From an uncultured Methanosarcinaceae archaeon (GTDB lineage: Archaea; Halobacteriota; Methanosarcinia; Methanosarcinales; Methanosarcinaceae), in assembly GCA_963833425.1 (NCBI GenBank), contig CAWHXP010000009.1, positions 1 to 64,000 of the forward strand: a DNA stretch of 64,000 nucleotides, given 5' to 3'. The notes beneath the pieces are model-generated. The model was not told the origin of the DNA, made no database searches, and was given only the letters and a program-made list of their open reading frames with translations. Positions 1-12,143 of the stretch are shown one piece after another (positions within the stretch are counted from its first letter, which is position 1; each line of letters begins with the position of its first letter). The translations under genes and the position numbers were made by a program.

Positions 1-493
1 AATACATCTATCAACATGAAATTAACAACAATAATAAATTATTTATGTAGTTAGTAGGATGATCAACCCGATGCTTTTAAGGTTAATTTTCCCGAATTGT
101 TTAACTCATTCTACTAATAGACTGGACAATTCCTATTTTTCATTGGGAAGAAGAAGATAGAAAATCAACCATATTTGCAGAAAATTCGGTACACTGTATT
201 TTTTAGCAACATCTTGAAAATCCTGTGAATTTAAGCGATTCTGTACTCGATTGACACGCTTTATTTAAATTATTGTGATCTAAAGTTAGGGTAGCTTCTG
301 AACAGTCTGCCAAATAAATTGTGAAAAATCTTATGAAGAATTATTTTCTATTTAGAAACTAGTTTTCTTATGATTTAAAATAACTACAGTGACAAGAATA
401 AACGTCTCTAAGTAAGTACATCATCAGTACATAATAAGAGACTTGAATTACAATAGTATATATTTTTAAAAATAAATAGGATGTGTATCTTTA

Positions 494-1033
494 ATGGGGA
501 AAAAAGTATTTGACAGAAGAAAAAATACACTAGCTATTTTGCTAGCAGTTTGCTTTTTAGTGTCCGTGACAGCTGCAGCGGTAAGCGCAGGACCAGTTAT
601 GGTTAAGGAAAAGAAAACAGCCATCATAGTCTTAAAAGATACGAAGACTAAAATCTGCAAACACCCAAGTAAACACCACAAAGGCGGAAAACACTTAAGT
701 GAACAACAGAAAGGTGAAAAACACTCAGGTGAAAAACAGAAAGGTGAAAAATACTCAAGTGAACAATACCAAAACGGACAATACCCAGGTGGACAAAATC
801 AAGGCAAAAAATTCCCAGGTGGACTATTAACAGGTGAACAAAACCTTGGCGGGAAATTTCCAAGTGAACAATACCTAAGAGAAAGATTCCCAGGTGGATT
901 ATTCACAGGTGAACAATACCTAAACGGACAATACCCAAGTGGACAATATCCAGGTGAACAAAACCAAGGTGAAATATATCCAGTGGGAACAAGACCCGCT
1001 GTAGGAACACCCGGTTTAGCAACACCGGCTTAA
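494..1033 (+). CDS. Secreted low-complexity protein with pentapeptide (G/S-E/G-Q-Y/K-P) repeats
   Basis: Signal peptide RRKNTLAILLAVCFLVSVTAAAVSA followed by many 15-bp repeat units (e.g. ggtgaacaataccca) at about 697-985. A shifted frame continues as LITDATYEPSAPAIPSSKTSVDKKGG to a stop at about 1110. Confidence 0.8.
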   Translation: MGKKVFDRRKNTLAILLAVCFLVSVTAAAVSAGPVMVKEKKTAIIVLKDTKTKICKHPSKHHKGGKHLSEQQKGEKHSGEKQKGEKYSSEQYQNGQYPGGQNQGKKFPGGLLTGEQNLGGKFPSEQYLRERFPGGLFTGEQYLNGQYPSGQYPGEQNQGEIYPVGTRPAVGTPGLATPA

Positions 1034-1559
1034 TAACCGATGCGACATATGAACCTTCGGCACCCGCAATACCTAGTTCAAAAACTTCAGTGGACAAAAA
1101 AGGTGGATAAAAACAAGGCGGATAATTTGATGAAACTCACTTATCACCTTGTATATCTATCACAAAACTATCGACTAGTCTAAACTAGAGATATCTCTTA
1201 TATAGGCTATACTTTATTTTTTCATGGAGCTCTTTTGCATCTTGTTTTGCATTCTTATAAATCTGCCTTTACTCCTTCCTGAATGTCATAATCTCTTTCC
1301 TGTATCATTATTTAGTTCTGTATCAACTAACTAGGATGACGCATAGGTTTAGACATAAAAACTGTGCATCAGTGAAAACCAAGAAATCATGTTTTGTAAT
1401 GAAAAAAAATGGAGAACAGTCATTTTTATAGAACTTTCAGTACACTGCTAAATTTGTCAATGTGCATAACTTTCTGCAAAATCTATTTTATACTTTCAAT
1501 CTTCTTTTTTGATTACTGTTCTATTACGATATATTTGTTTCCTGTTATTCACTCTTCAT

Positions 1560-1878
1560 TTATGCTGCCACTGATGCTGTATTTGCTGCCTTTGCTGCTA
1601 ATGGTGCTGTATTTGCTGCATTTGCTACCTTTGCTGCTACCGGCGCTGCTACTGGTGTTGCTCTACCCGCCATTGCTGCCGGTGTTGTTCTACCCGCCAT
1701 AGTTGCTGGCGCTGTATTTGCTGACATTGCTACCTTTGCTGCTCTATCAGCCATTCCCACCGATGCATGACCGTTACTACTGTGACCATGACCACCTTTT
1801 TGCACTTACAACTGTAATTGCCAGTGAAACCAAAACGAAAGCTACTAACAAAATCGTGGTTGTTTTTTTAAATTTCAT
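1560..1878 (-). pseudogene. Small secreted Ala-rich protein, frameshifted at an A5 run
   Basis: ATG at 1878 gives the signal peptide MKFKKTTTILLVAFVLVSLAITVVSAK. Removing one A from the run at 1797-1801 joins it to the ORF GGHGHSSNGHASVGMADRAAKVA...ASVAA*. Confidence 0.65.
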
Positions 1879-2088
1879 TTATTTTTTCCCTCCATTAATT
1901 TACATAGCCAAAGCTATGGTTTTTCGATTCATTTAATAGAAATTCGTTTTATCCATTAAGCCTGTACATTTGATACAATCATCCAACAATTTTTCAAAAT
2001 AGTTTTTCAGGATACTTTTTCTAGACTCACTTTATCTGTGAACTAAAAAAAATAAAAATTGTATCAACATAAGTTATAAATAACAAAA

Positions 2089-2130
<42 letters not shown>

Positions 2131-2686
2131 TGTTATATATAGTATATTAAAAAAGTAATAAGTACTACCTTTTGCTTTGAAGAACCGTGATATTTTAAGG
2201 GATCGTGATCAGTATAAAAAGATATACTCAACTGATATGATTTACTATCACATCGGCTGTTTTACTTTTATGAGCCATGATAACTGGTATCCTAGAGAAG
2301 TTCCAAGAAATTGATCGCACTTTAAGGGGCTCTTGGCTGGTTAATTTTTAGAATTTTCATAATGACTCTTTCCAAAGTTATAATGAGGATATAAGTCGCA
2401 CTTCCAATTTTAAACAGTTAAAATAGGACAATTGAAAAAATAGATCGCATTTTTGTGTGCATCTGCTGAAAGTGAGAGATATGCAGAGATTTATAACTTA
2501 AAACTGTGCATAAATGAAACCCCTAAAAACAGAAACTTTATCAATAAAAATATTAGCTCTGAATATGTTTTTTGTGATGAAGTAAAGCTACACAGAGCCA
2601 TCAAACTTTACAGATTTTAAGATATGTTGTAGTAAGAGCAGTTGACTTTAAAATTTGAATCTATCACAGGTGTCTATATTCACTGA

Positions 2687-3006
2687 TTAACAGATCCATA
2701 CCCAGCTGTTAGTGTTTGGGCTCCACACCCAGTCACAATTAGGGTAGTAACTGCCATAGTAGTAGTGGTGACGCCACCCGCGATTGTTGTAGCCATGGTA
2801 GCTGCTGCGGTAGCCATAATGACCCCCAGCGTGGTGGCCGTGGTGCCCCCAGCGTGGTAACCATGATGGCCATGGTGGCCATGGTGGCCGTGGTGGCCAC
2901 GATGACGTGCAGCACTAGCTGTTACTGCTGTTACAGATGCAACAAAAAGGACTACCAGCAAAATAGCTAGTATCTTTTTCATTCTACTGGATGATTGTTT
3001 CAACAT
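2687..3006 (-). pseudogene. Small secreted His/Gly/Tyr-rich protein with C-terminal CxWVW...WVWxC motif, single frameshift
   Basis: Signal peptide MKKILAILLVVLFVASVTAVTASA then (GHH)n. After a 1-bp slip near 2845 the alternative frame reads HHGHHAGGHYGYRSSYHGYNNRGWRHHYYYGSYYPNCDWVWSPNTNSWVWIC* (TAA at 2687-2689). Confidence 0.7.
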
Positions 3007-3108
3007 TCATTTCACTCCTTTATTTATATTAAACAATTGCATGTGATTTTCAGTATAACTATGCAGGTTCAGAACCATTAATAATTATAATTCGTATATA
3101 TTAATTAT

Positions 3109-3257
3109 GGTTCTGTTGCAAAAATAATTTTACTGCCTTTTTAGGCTATAACTATTGCGTTTTGTATCATTATTGACCTGTTTCTGGTATATAAATATCC
3201 CATTTGTGGTGTTTTTCATTGATTATGTAAAATAACCAGATTTTTTGCAACGGAACC
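3109..3257. mobile_element. About 149-bp MITE with IS6-like terminal inverted repeats
   Basis: Ends ggttctgttgcaaaaa and tttttgcaacggaacc match the IRs of the IS6 relic at 26640-27392. Homologous copies at 14182-14246 (partial) and 28430-28578 (inverted). Confidence 0.75.
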
Positions 3258-3391
3258 TAATCGATAGAAACCTGGACATTCCTATATGTAATAGAATGAT
3301 CCAATTAGCAAAAACATAGGTAGAAAACAAGAACTTTCAGGTGGAATTTTAACGAAAAAAATGCTATAAGGCGATATATATGAAATATAAT

Positions 3392-3634
3392 TTACATCAT
3401 TTCAAACCTAGTCGATGACTTTTCAACAATAGCTACATATTCTGCAAATGATTCTGATTCCGGAATCGGTAAATTATCGTCCAACAATCCTTGAACATGC
3501 ATTTCGATAGCTTCATAGATATTCTTCTCCGCTTCGGCCCTGGTTGAGCCAGTAGCTATACAACCTGGCAAGTCAGGAGAATATGCTGAATAGTTGTTGC
3601 TTGCTTTTTCTATTACAACAAGGAAACGGTACAT
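3392..3634 (-). CDS. hicB: HicB family antitoxin
   Basis: YSAYSPDLPGCIATGSTRAEAEKNIYEAIEMH is the HicB motif. Lies directly downstream of hicA. Confidence 0.9.
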   Translation of the reverse strand: MYRFLVVIEKASNNYSAYSPDLPGCIATGSTRAEAEKNIYEAIEMHVQGLLDDNLPIPESESFAEYVAIVEKSSTRFEMM

Positions 3635-3636
3635 TT

Positions 3637-3831
3637 TTAACTCTCCATTTTCAATCGCGCTTGCTTTACTATGCTATTTAACGTACCTGGAGCAAGGTCA
3701 TCTCCGCTATGACCCGCAATCGTTAATCGGCCTGATTTAATCGGGTGTTTATATTGCCGACAGCTTCCTTTTATGGCAACCAGATACCAACCATCGGCTT
3801 CAAGTAGCTTGATAACCTCAAACACTTTCAT
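3637..3831 (-). CDS. hicA: HicA family toxin (catalytic His replaced by Cys)
   Basis: MKVFEVIKLLEADGWYLVAIKGSCRQYKHP...DLAPGTLNSIVKQA. The canonical GSH reads GSC here. Confidence 0.9.
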   Translation of the reverse strand: MKVFEVIKLLEADGWYLVAIKGSCRQYKHPIKSGRLTIAGHSGDDLAPGTLNSIVKQARLKMES

Positions 3832-4164
3832 TTTAATATGTATAGTTCTATGCCGTTTGAATTTTATATAGATTCTGGAAGTCGGATGATTAAAGCTTAA
3901 GGGTTACTTACGTTAACTGACCAAAAGCCTATCCGAAAGATAAAATAATTGTTACATCTGGTAAATTAGCTAATCATAAGACTTAAAACCATACACGACT
4001 CAGAGATCCCTGATAAACTCTGAATGAAGGGATACCTAGAAAAAAAATGATTGAAAAATAATGAAGGGGATACTATATCCCCTGCATCCTGACTGCTAAT
4101 ATAAAGCCCATCCTAGATTTTATGGAGCTTCATAGAAGGGGCATCAAATCTCTAGCTGATCTAA

Positions 4165-4749
4165 TTAACTCCTACTAGCTGACATAAGGTAAGCTTTAAT
4201 GCTACTCGGTCCAACTCGAGAATCGAAAGCTGAGTCTTTTAGAGATATAATATTGAAAAGTGGCGTGAAAGTATGCTCAATTTCAGCTTTTGAAATTCTC
4301 CTGGGCCCATAGCCTTCTGGCTCTTTATCGGAGAAACTCAGCATGAAATATTTGCCGCTTGATTTTAGCACTCTATGTATTTGCCATGCAAAAACTGGCC
4401 TTTCCTCATCCGTCATCACATGAAACAAACCAGAATCAATAACGGTATCGAATTCAGCCTCCATGAAAAGTCGGTCCATCTGTAACACATTTCCGACTAC
4501 AAAATTTACCTTAACATGATGCTTTATAGCTTTTGCTTTTGCATCTGTGATAGCATCTTCAACAATGTCTATACCTGTAACATCAAACCCATTTATGGCT
4601 AACATTATTGCATTATCACCCCGACCACATCCAATATCAAGAGCTCTTCCAGACGTAATTTCTCCATCTTTTATAAGAGCTTCGAAAACTGACTGGGGGT
4701 GACCGATATCCCATGGTGGTGTACCCTTGTATGCTTCATTCCAGTCCAA
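4165..4749 (-). CDS. Class I SAM-dependent methyltransferase
   Basis: PPWDIG, LDIGCGRG motif I and DSGLFH. Confidence 0.9.
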   Translation of the reverse strand: MDWNEAYKGTPPWDIGHPQSVFEALIKDGEITSGRALDIGCGRGDNAIMLAINGFDVTGIDIVEDAITDAKAKAIKHHVKVNFVVGNVLQMDRLFMEAEFDTVIDSGLFHVMTDEERPVFAWQIHRVLKSSGKYFMLSFSDKEPEGYGPRRISKAEIEHTFTPLFNIISLKDSAFDSRVGPSSIKAYLMSASRS

Positions 4750-5314
4750 GATAATCTTCTCACGACCAAAAATTCAGTTACCATTTTGATTACAGATAAA
4801 TATTTTGCTAATTGATCATTGTATGCGTTTAACTTTCCCTGAATAAAATTATCTGATTAACTATAGCACAGTTCTTAGGATAAAATAGATTATATCCTTT
4901 TATGCGTTTTTAATTCATTGCAGAACCGTATGCTAAAAGTGCCGTAAAAACTACTGTTTTCCACTTTTTCTCCCATTATAAAATGAAATTTCGTGGTTAT
5001 GTAGATGCAGAGATTTTGCTATAAAAACCTATGCATAAGTGATACAACAAAAATCATGTTTTGTGATGAGAGAAAAGGTTAGAGACTAATCATTTTTACA
5101 TAAATTACAGTACACTTCCCAATTTGATATTAGTTCATCAATAAAACAATGAAAATACCTGCAGCCATCATATTTCAAAAAAATAGTAAGTGTGTATTTC
5201 ACTACGTTAGTTACTTTTTCTATTTAACAATAAACTCTGCTTTCCTGATCACCTGTTCTTCAATTTTCGACTTTAATACTTCATCCCTCATTATTTTTTG
5301 AGTTCTTGATTTTT

Positions 5315-5494
5315 TTAAATAGAGCGTATGAAAATCAGGATAAATAAAGCTGTTAGAATAGCAAGTATGACAAAAATTATTATCAACCACTTTGCAATTT
5401 CCATTGAGAAACCTGCAATTCCCGTTGCACCAAATACATATGCAACGAATGCTAATATTAAAAAAAATACTGCAAGACCTATCAAATTAGGCAT
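5315..5494 (-). CDS. DUF1328 / UPF0391 small membrane protein (59 aa, below the ORF-track cutoff)
   Basis: My translation: MPNLIGLAVFFLILAFVAYVFGATGIAGFSMEIAKWLIIIFVILAILTALFILIFIRSI*. GGAGG RBS upstream. Confidence 0.8.
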   Translation of the reverse strand: MPNLIGLAVFFLILAFVAYVFGATGIAGFSMEIAKWLIIIFVILAILTALFILIFIRSI

Positions 5495-6709
5495 AATTTA
5501 ACCTCCAAGTCATATTTAATTGATAATTAATTGATTCAGCATCCTTTGACGCTGCTGTTAATGCTACTACAAATAGATCTGCTAGCAAAATAGCCAGATA
5601 TCTTTTTTATTCTGTTAACTCTTATTTATTTTCCAATCTGTCTATACACCATATTTTTGTTCAATTTCCCATAATTTAAACAATACAAGATGCAATGGAA
5701 ATATAACTAAGAAATATTTATTCATTACAGAGAATTCCAAATTTTTGGTTGATTCCCTATAAAAAGAATACTACCAATTTGTTTAAACCGATGGTTTATT
5801 TAAATTTTGTATACTTACTGAATCTTCTCACATCAGTAATTATTCATTGGTTTACTTAGCTTTTTAAATTGATTACACAAAAAATAGTTCTTGAACAAAA
5901 TTTTTTTCTCTATTAAATGTTTTAAAATTGTACAATTAAAGTCAAATTTATGACATTGCTAAAAATAATGAGTAAGGAGAAACCAACTATTGACATATAC
6001 CCCTGTCTTTGCTACAAAAAAACAATTTATCTTTTTATTAATGCACAAACTTTGTGTCTAAAAGCTCTGGATTTCCTAAATGCCATCAGTAATAAGAAAA
6101 ACTTGTCGATCTTTGACTCATGGAGCTTTTTGAACCCTTGGAGCTTCTGGAACTCATAGAGCTTATGGGACTTTTAGAACATGTGGAGCTCCCGGAGCAC
6201 TTGGAAATAATTGACCTAAACTGCCATCATGCTTATAATACAATAAACATTATCAAAAAGTATATGATGTAGTAAAACTAACACTACTTGGGGAACAGAC
6301 AAATAATTTTCCAGAATGGAATAAATACTGTTGATGTATGCATCGTCAGCAGTATCATCTATCTCGAATTAATTATGATGTTAAATTTCTGTAATGGTCC
6401 ATTTGTTTAAAACTAGAACCCATAACCCCTGTTCAATCGTATTGCAAACGAGCAGTAGTTTGAAGATTCATGGAAAAATGAAAAGTCGACCTGAAATTTT
6501 AAGAACAAGAAATAAATTTTTTTATGTGAATTTATTCACAGTACTTCTGGGAAACACAATAAATTATCGTTTTTAACATCGGTTTATATAATAATAAGTA
6601 GTAGTATCTTATATGGCATCTGTGGTACATTCTTTTGTTTCCCCATTTAATGCGACCCCCACTTGCAAATATTTAAAACAGATGGCAGTTTATTCCTTTG
6701 AACTAAAAA

Positions 6710-7030
6710 TTAGAACTTTTTCGTATACATATTAATCTCAGTTTCTTTTTCGAGAAATTCTAACAACAAAGGAACTATTTCTCTAAAATGATCGGAGTTT
6801 AAGTGTTTATCAAGGCTACTTTTATCGCGCCATTCTTCTAATGTCGTTAAGATTCCTGGATTATTTAATTCCTGATAAAGTCCATAGTCCATGCAACCTT
6901 CTTCCTTTACAGATTCTTCAACAAGTTTTTTAAACAAACCTATAAATTCTTGAATTTTTTCAGGTTTGACGTAGTTTTTTGCAACGACTCTTATTGTCAA
7001 TAATATCACCTGCTTCTTAATAGAATTCAT
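6710..7030 (-). CDS. Antibiotic biosynthesis monooxygenase family (putative quinol monooxygenase)
   Basis: SVKEEGCMDYGLY...EEWRDKSSLDKHLNSDHF pattern. The true start may be the TTG near 7000. Confidence 0.85.
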   Translation of the reverse strand: MNSIKKQVILLTIRVVAKNYVKPEKIQEFIGLFKKLVEESVKEEGCMDYGLYQELNNPGILTTLEEWRDKSSLDKHLNSDHFREIVPLLLEFLEKETEINMYTKKF

Positions 7031-7081
7031 TTTACTAAAATTTTCATAATTTAGCTAGCCATCCAATATGACTTTTCAATC

Positions 7082-9449
7082 TCACTGCCGGGACATGGCA
7101 ATACGCATCTCAGCTTCCTTGTCTTCTATCAGCTGACCACTCACATCCACGGTCACATTATGGATCTTGCCTGTGAACTCAAATGGGGGACGATAGTCGG
7201 GTGTGACTGGTGCCCCATGAGCGGCGCCACAGGTGACCCCAGTTAGTCCAAATGAAAGCGGAGTAGTCACAGGTAAATCTAGTTGGCCGACTAACGCTCC
7301 ATCTATAAAGAGCTTAGCTATTCCAGGTGAGCCCTTGCCATTAGCAAAATCTGGCTTATCGGTCACCTCAAATTCGAAACCGAGTTGATGTCTTCCTTCA
7401 GGAATATTCTCTCTTGATTCTACGTGATAAATTGTTTTATTTACGTAGTTGTGTGCCCAGTGCAAGCTTTCCGCCTTTGGTATAAAATAAATAGCCAGCC
7501 TCGATATCACCATGAGAGAGCAAGACTCCCTCAGCACCTCCTGCAGGGATCTCGACATCTGCTATGATACTGTGAGGACGATTGAGAACTTTGACTGCTG
7601 CATTTGCGGGAATCGCCTGAGTGCCAGGATAATAGGTGTAAGCGTGTTCGATTAATTGTAATCTCTGGCCGTTCATCGGCAAAACGCAGAACTCCACGCC
7701 CATCAATAGGTAGCACGTTATACTTGCCAGCTTCTGCATACCAGGTGGCAACCATCTCAATCAACTTAGGTCGATTCTCAGCAGCCACGTTATGATTCTC
7801 TGCCCAATCCTTCTCAACATGATAAAGCTCCCAGCCTTTTGCATCAAGCTCAGTCAATATATCTGCCGAAATCGGTTCGCCGAATGGTTTTCCCGCTTCA
7901 GTGAACGAAGGGCCGGGCCATGGGCATACTGCACGCCAACCATCATGATACAATGAGCGATGCCCCATCATCTCGAAGTACTGAGTACGGTGCTTTGTTG
8001 GTGCATTGGAATCGCCAAATGTATGTGCAAAACTTACCCCTTCGATAGGTGATTGGGTTACACCTTTTATAACAGTGGGTGGTTCAATTCCTAGGCACTC
8101 CAGAACTGTAGGTACCATATCGATAGCGTGGGCATACTGAGTACGAATTTCGCCTTTGGATTTAATTCCTTTGGGCCAGTGGACTATAAAGGGATCACTG
8201 ATACCACCACGATATGTCTCTCGTTTCCAGCGGCGGAAGGGTGTGTTTCCAGCAAATGTCCAGCCCCAAGCATAATGGTTGAAGGTCTCTGGTCCTCCAA
8301 GTTTATCCAGAGCTGCGAGATTTTCCTCCACAGATTCAGACACATTATTGAAAAACCTAATCTCATTAAGTGATCCCGTAGGGCCTCCTTCGGCACTTGC
8401 TCCGTTATCTGAAATCACCATGATCAATGTGTTTTCAAACTCGCCAATCTCTTTCAAAAATTGCAACAACCGACCAATGTGGTAATCGGTGTGCTCCAGG
8501 AACCCAGCAAAGACCTCCATCATACGGGCATAGAGTTTCTTCTCCTCAGGTGTGCATTGGTCCCAGGGTTTGACATCTGGATCATGGCGAGATAGCTCAG
8601 TTTCTTTTGGAACGATACCCAGTTCCTTCTGTCGGGTTAATGTCTTCTCCCGGTAAACGTCCCAACCATCATCGAACTTACTTTTGTATTTATCTGCCCA
8701 CTCCTTAGGAACATGATGAGGAGCATGCATGGCACCTGGGCAGAAGTACATGAAAAAGGGCTTGCTGGGTGCGACTTGTTTGGAGTCAGCAATGAACTGG
8801 ATGGACTTGTTCACTATATCTTCATTCAAGGTGTAGCCCTCTTCTGGAGTTTTGGGAGGGTCTATAGAATGATTGTCATAGATCAGCTCAGGATAATACT
8901 GATTTGTATCACCACCTAAAAAACCGTAGAAACGCTCGAAACCACGTCCCAAAGGCCAGCGGTCATAAGGTCCGGCTGCAGACATTTGTTCTGCAGGCGT
9001 CAGGTGCCATTTGCCGATTGCATAGGTGTTGTAACCATGCTGTAGAAGTATCTCCGATAAAAAACCGTTCTCAAAAGGTATATTACCATTATAGCCTGGA
9101 TAGCCAGTTGATCCTTCAGTGATACATGCCATGTTGTTCGAATGATGGTTTCGGCCGGTAATTATGCAGGAACGACTAGGAGAGCACAGCGCAGTTGTAT
9201 GCATATTTGAATAGGCAAGACCATCTCGTAGCCAAACTATCAAGGTTGGGGTAGTATAGGGCTACCATAGCATCCAAGTTGTCCAAATCCTGTGTCATCC
9301 AGCACAATGAACAGTACGTTAGGAGCGCCATCTTTAGCGCGCAGTGGTTCTGGCCAAGCTGGCTCCGACTGGTCTTCTGTGTGTCCGATTACACCTGGAA
9401 AAGTGGTTCCTGATTTGTATTCTTTCAATGACAAATCTATTTCCTCCAA
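7082..9449 (-). pseudogene. Arylsulfatase, split by several frameshifts
   Basis: Consecutive fragments: PNVLFIVLDDTGFG (9449-9240); CSPSR sulfatase motif, GKWHL and SDNG (9243-7531); and C-terminal pieces 7760-7437 and 7558-7082. Confidence 0.9.
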
Positions 9450-10308
9450 TAGTTAGTCAATACTTTTGGGAAATAATTTCTTGCTTGATTATCAATTTTG
9501 AAAAAGCTAAAGTGATTTATTTATCATTTTTTGATCTATTTATTTAAAATATAAATATAATCATTTTTTGATTATATTAAATAAACTTTTAAAAATTGGT
9601 TTCCAAATAAACTCATTCCAACATAGAATATTTTTAAAAACAATGTATCTTCTTTTTTCAAATGTTGTCAATTCTTATAAGCTGTGGAATGATCGAGTCA
9701 TCAAAAATATAGGCAAAAATAGAAAAATATTTCTGATTTTTAAACCGTAAGATCGTGCTCTATTAGCTGAATAGTATGCTCGAACGAACTCAAAGGCAGT
9801 AAGGCTTACCAGACCCATCACAATTAACTTCACTATAAATATAATCACGAGAATAAATTAGGCGGAAAAAGACATCTTTATCATTGGTAATAATAGATAC
9901 AGTCACTGGGTCTAAGAGCTAGTGAGTATTAAATAAAACAGCATCATTTCAATTTTTTAAGGCATTGAAGATAATTAATTTTATGCACAGTTTTTGTGTC
10001 TAAATCTATGCATTTCCGAAGTTCCAAACAAAATAAGAAAAATCGATAATTGTACGACTATATTTTGAGAAAAACAAGCAAGATCAGCGTTGAGCCACAT
10101 AGGTATAAAAATCTCATGCACAGCAAAAGCGGATTAAGCAGAGTGCATATCTACCCTTTAGTTTTAAAATTTTTGATAGATAATTAATCGAAAACCGTGT
10201 TGTTAGAAAATTTCGACCATCACGATTTGATCTACAAAAAGTAAACTCTCCTATATTCCTCAATTCACAACTTCTGAAATGTTCTCTCTTTCAGTTGATC
10301 TTCAGACT

Positions 10309-10923
10309 CTATTCGATGTTCGTGTGCCTTGATTTAAGTTCGGCTTCCGAAGCGCCGGTTATCGTAATCAACTGGCTAACCACAGAGTCCAAGAAAACAA
10401 GTGCAGTAATTTCAAAAGAAGTTCCCAAAGGATGGATGTTTTTGTAGTCACCACGCATGTGTCTTTCAAGGTAGCCGGCTTCATCAAGGTCATTTTTAGT
10501 TTTGCTTGGAATGATCACAGCAATATCGGAAATTCTACCCAGTGTAGAATCTTTTTTAGATGTAATTGTTATAAGGGTTGAGCCGATATCTTTTGTGAAT
10601 TTTCCAAGGTCAGCTACAGTATGGGTTTCTCCGGACCCAGAAATAGCAATCACGACATCCTGCGGCAAAACAGCAGGAGTTGTGATTTCACCGACCACAT
10701 ACACACTAAGTCCAAGCTGCATAAGTCGCATTGCAAATGCTTTGCCAACAAGTCTAGATCTTCCGGCTCCCATTACAAAAATTTGATTACCATCAATTGT
10801 TTTTTGGAGCATCGCCTTTATGGCTTCCCTATCAAGTTTATCAATTACCTCTTTTAAGTTTTCTATGATCAGTCTCATTGATGATGATACTTCTTCGCAA
10901 TCATTTACCTCAATTTGTTTCAT
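10309..10923 (-). CDS. hxlB: 6-phospho-3-hexuloisomerase
   Basis: SIS domain: GAGRS, FAMRLMQLG, ISGSGET, PLGTSFE, RHTNIE. Confidence 0.92.
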   Translation of the reverse strand: MKQIEVNDCEEVSSSMRLIIENLKEVIDKLDREAIKAMLQKTIDGNQIFVMGAGRSRLVGKAFAMRLMQLGLSVYVVGEITTPAVLPQDVVIAISGSGETHTVADLGKFTKDIGSTLITITSKKDSTLGRISDIAVIIPSKTKNDLDEAGYLERHMRGDYKNIHPLGTSFEITALVFLDSVVSQLITITGASEAELKSRHTNIE

Positions 10924-11874
10924 ATGAGTTCTCCAAAGAACATTGGGTTAAAACATGAATAAACTAAATCAGGAACTTAATTCATCAATACCACAGCTTG
11001 ACTCAATAAGTTTCTAACAAATTTTTCCATCTTGTTATTCTTACTAAAAAAGAACTTCTTAATAGGTTTTCCCATACTTTTTATGTTCTTATATATAATT
11101 ACCAGTAGAATAGTAATCATTCATTCCAAAAAGTTGCTGTCATGATCAGTGGGATTTTGACTACGTACATATTATCTATTGAGTTATAGCCATTACTATA
11201 TAGCAAATATACATAAAATATATATTCTTTTGTTTTCAATTAATATATCAGGATCCATAAATGCACTATGACGTAGATCCCAAAATAAAATGTCTTAGCG
11301 TGATTATGTGTCTGAAAGTGAAAAATTGTCAAGGAATTCTTCGATGTATATTGTATCATTACCCACAACTTATAAGATCTATTTTTTTATATGCCGCTGA
11401 TGCTCATAGTTCTTCACTGCTGTCGTCTTATTAAGGATTGAGTTCCACCTCTCTAATGTATCCCTGTGAAGTCAGAGAGCTTAAAATTAGATCAACTTTT
11501 ACAATTATATAATGAACAATCGTAACTTTAAATGCGGTACTGCTTATTATTTACAGTGATTCACAGTACTTCTAAAAAATACAATAATTTATCGTTATTA
11601 ACATTTGTTTATATAATAATAAGTAATATTAGCTGATAGGACATCGGAGATAACTTCTTTTATTTCCCAAATTAATACTACCCCCACTCCCTAATATCAA
11701 AAAACCGATGCCCATTTACTTTTTTAACTTCTTTATCTTTGACTAAGCTTTGAACGTGTACAGCCTGTTTATGCACAGTTTTTGTGCCAAAATCTGTGCA
11801 TTAATGAAAAATCATATTTTACAGAACTTTTGGCACATTGCATTTTAATATAGAAATAAAGTCAACTACATACA

Positions 11875-12135
11875 TCAGTATGCGTTATCGTGATGTTCAA
11901 AATCTTCTAAAGTAACTGTTTTTGTTCCTTCATCAATAGAAAAAGACAGAACAAAAGGTCCAATATGAACACGACTTAAACCACTCATATCATATCTTAA
12001 ATTTTTGTATCTATGAGGATCATTAACTATTTCACTAGCTTTACGCTTGATACTATCCTATAATTTGTTATCTTTTTTCTTTAATCCTTTTGACTGAACT
12101 TGTAAACACATCACTAAAAACCAAATTGTAGGCAT
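11875..12135 (-). pseudogene. RelE/ParE (YafQ-like) toxin with an in-frame TAG
   Basis: Frame from ATG 12135 reads ...GLKKKDNKL*DSIKRKASEIVNDPHRYKNLRYDMSGLSRVHIGPFVLSFSIDEGTKTVTLEDFEHHDNAY*. TAG at 12058-12060. Missed by the ORF track. Confidence 0.8.
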
Positions 12136-12143
12136 CACCCATT

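Noticed and set aside
697..985. Regular repeats as a possible CRISPR array
   Set aside because: They are 15-bp in-frame coding units with no unique spacers, and no cas genes are in the window.
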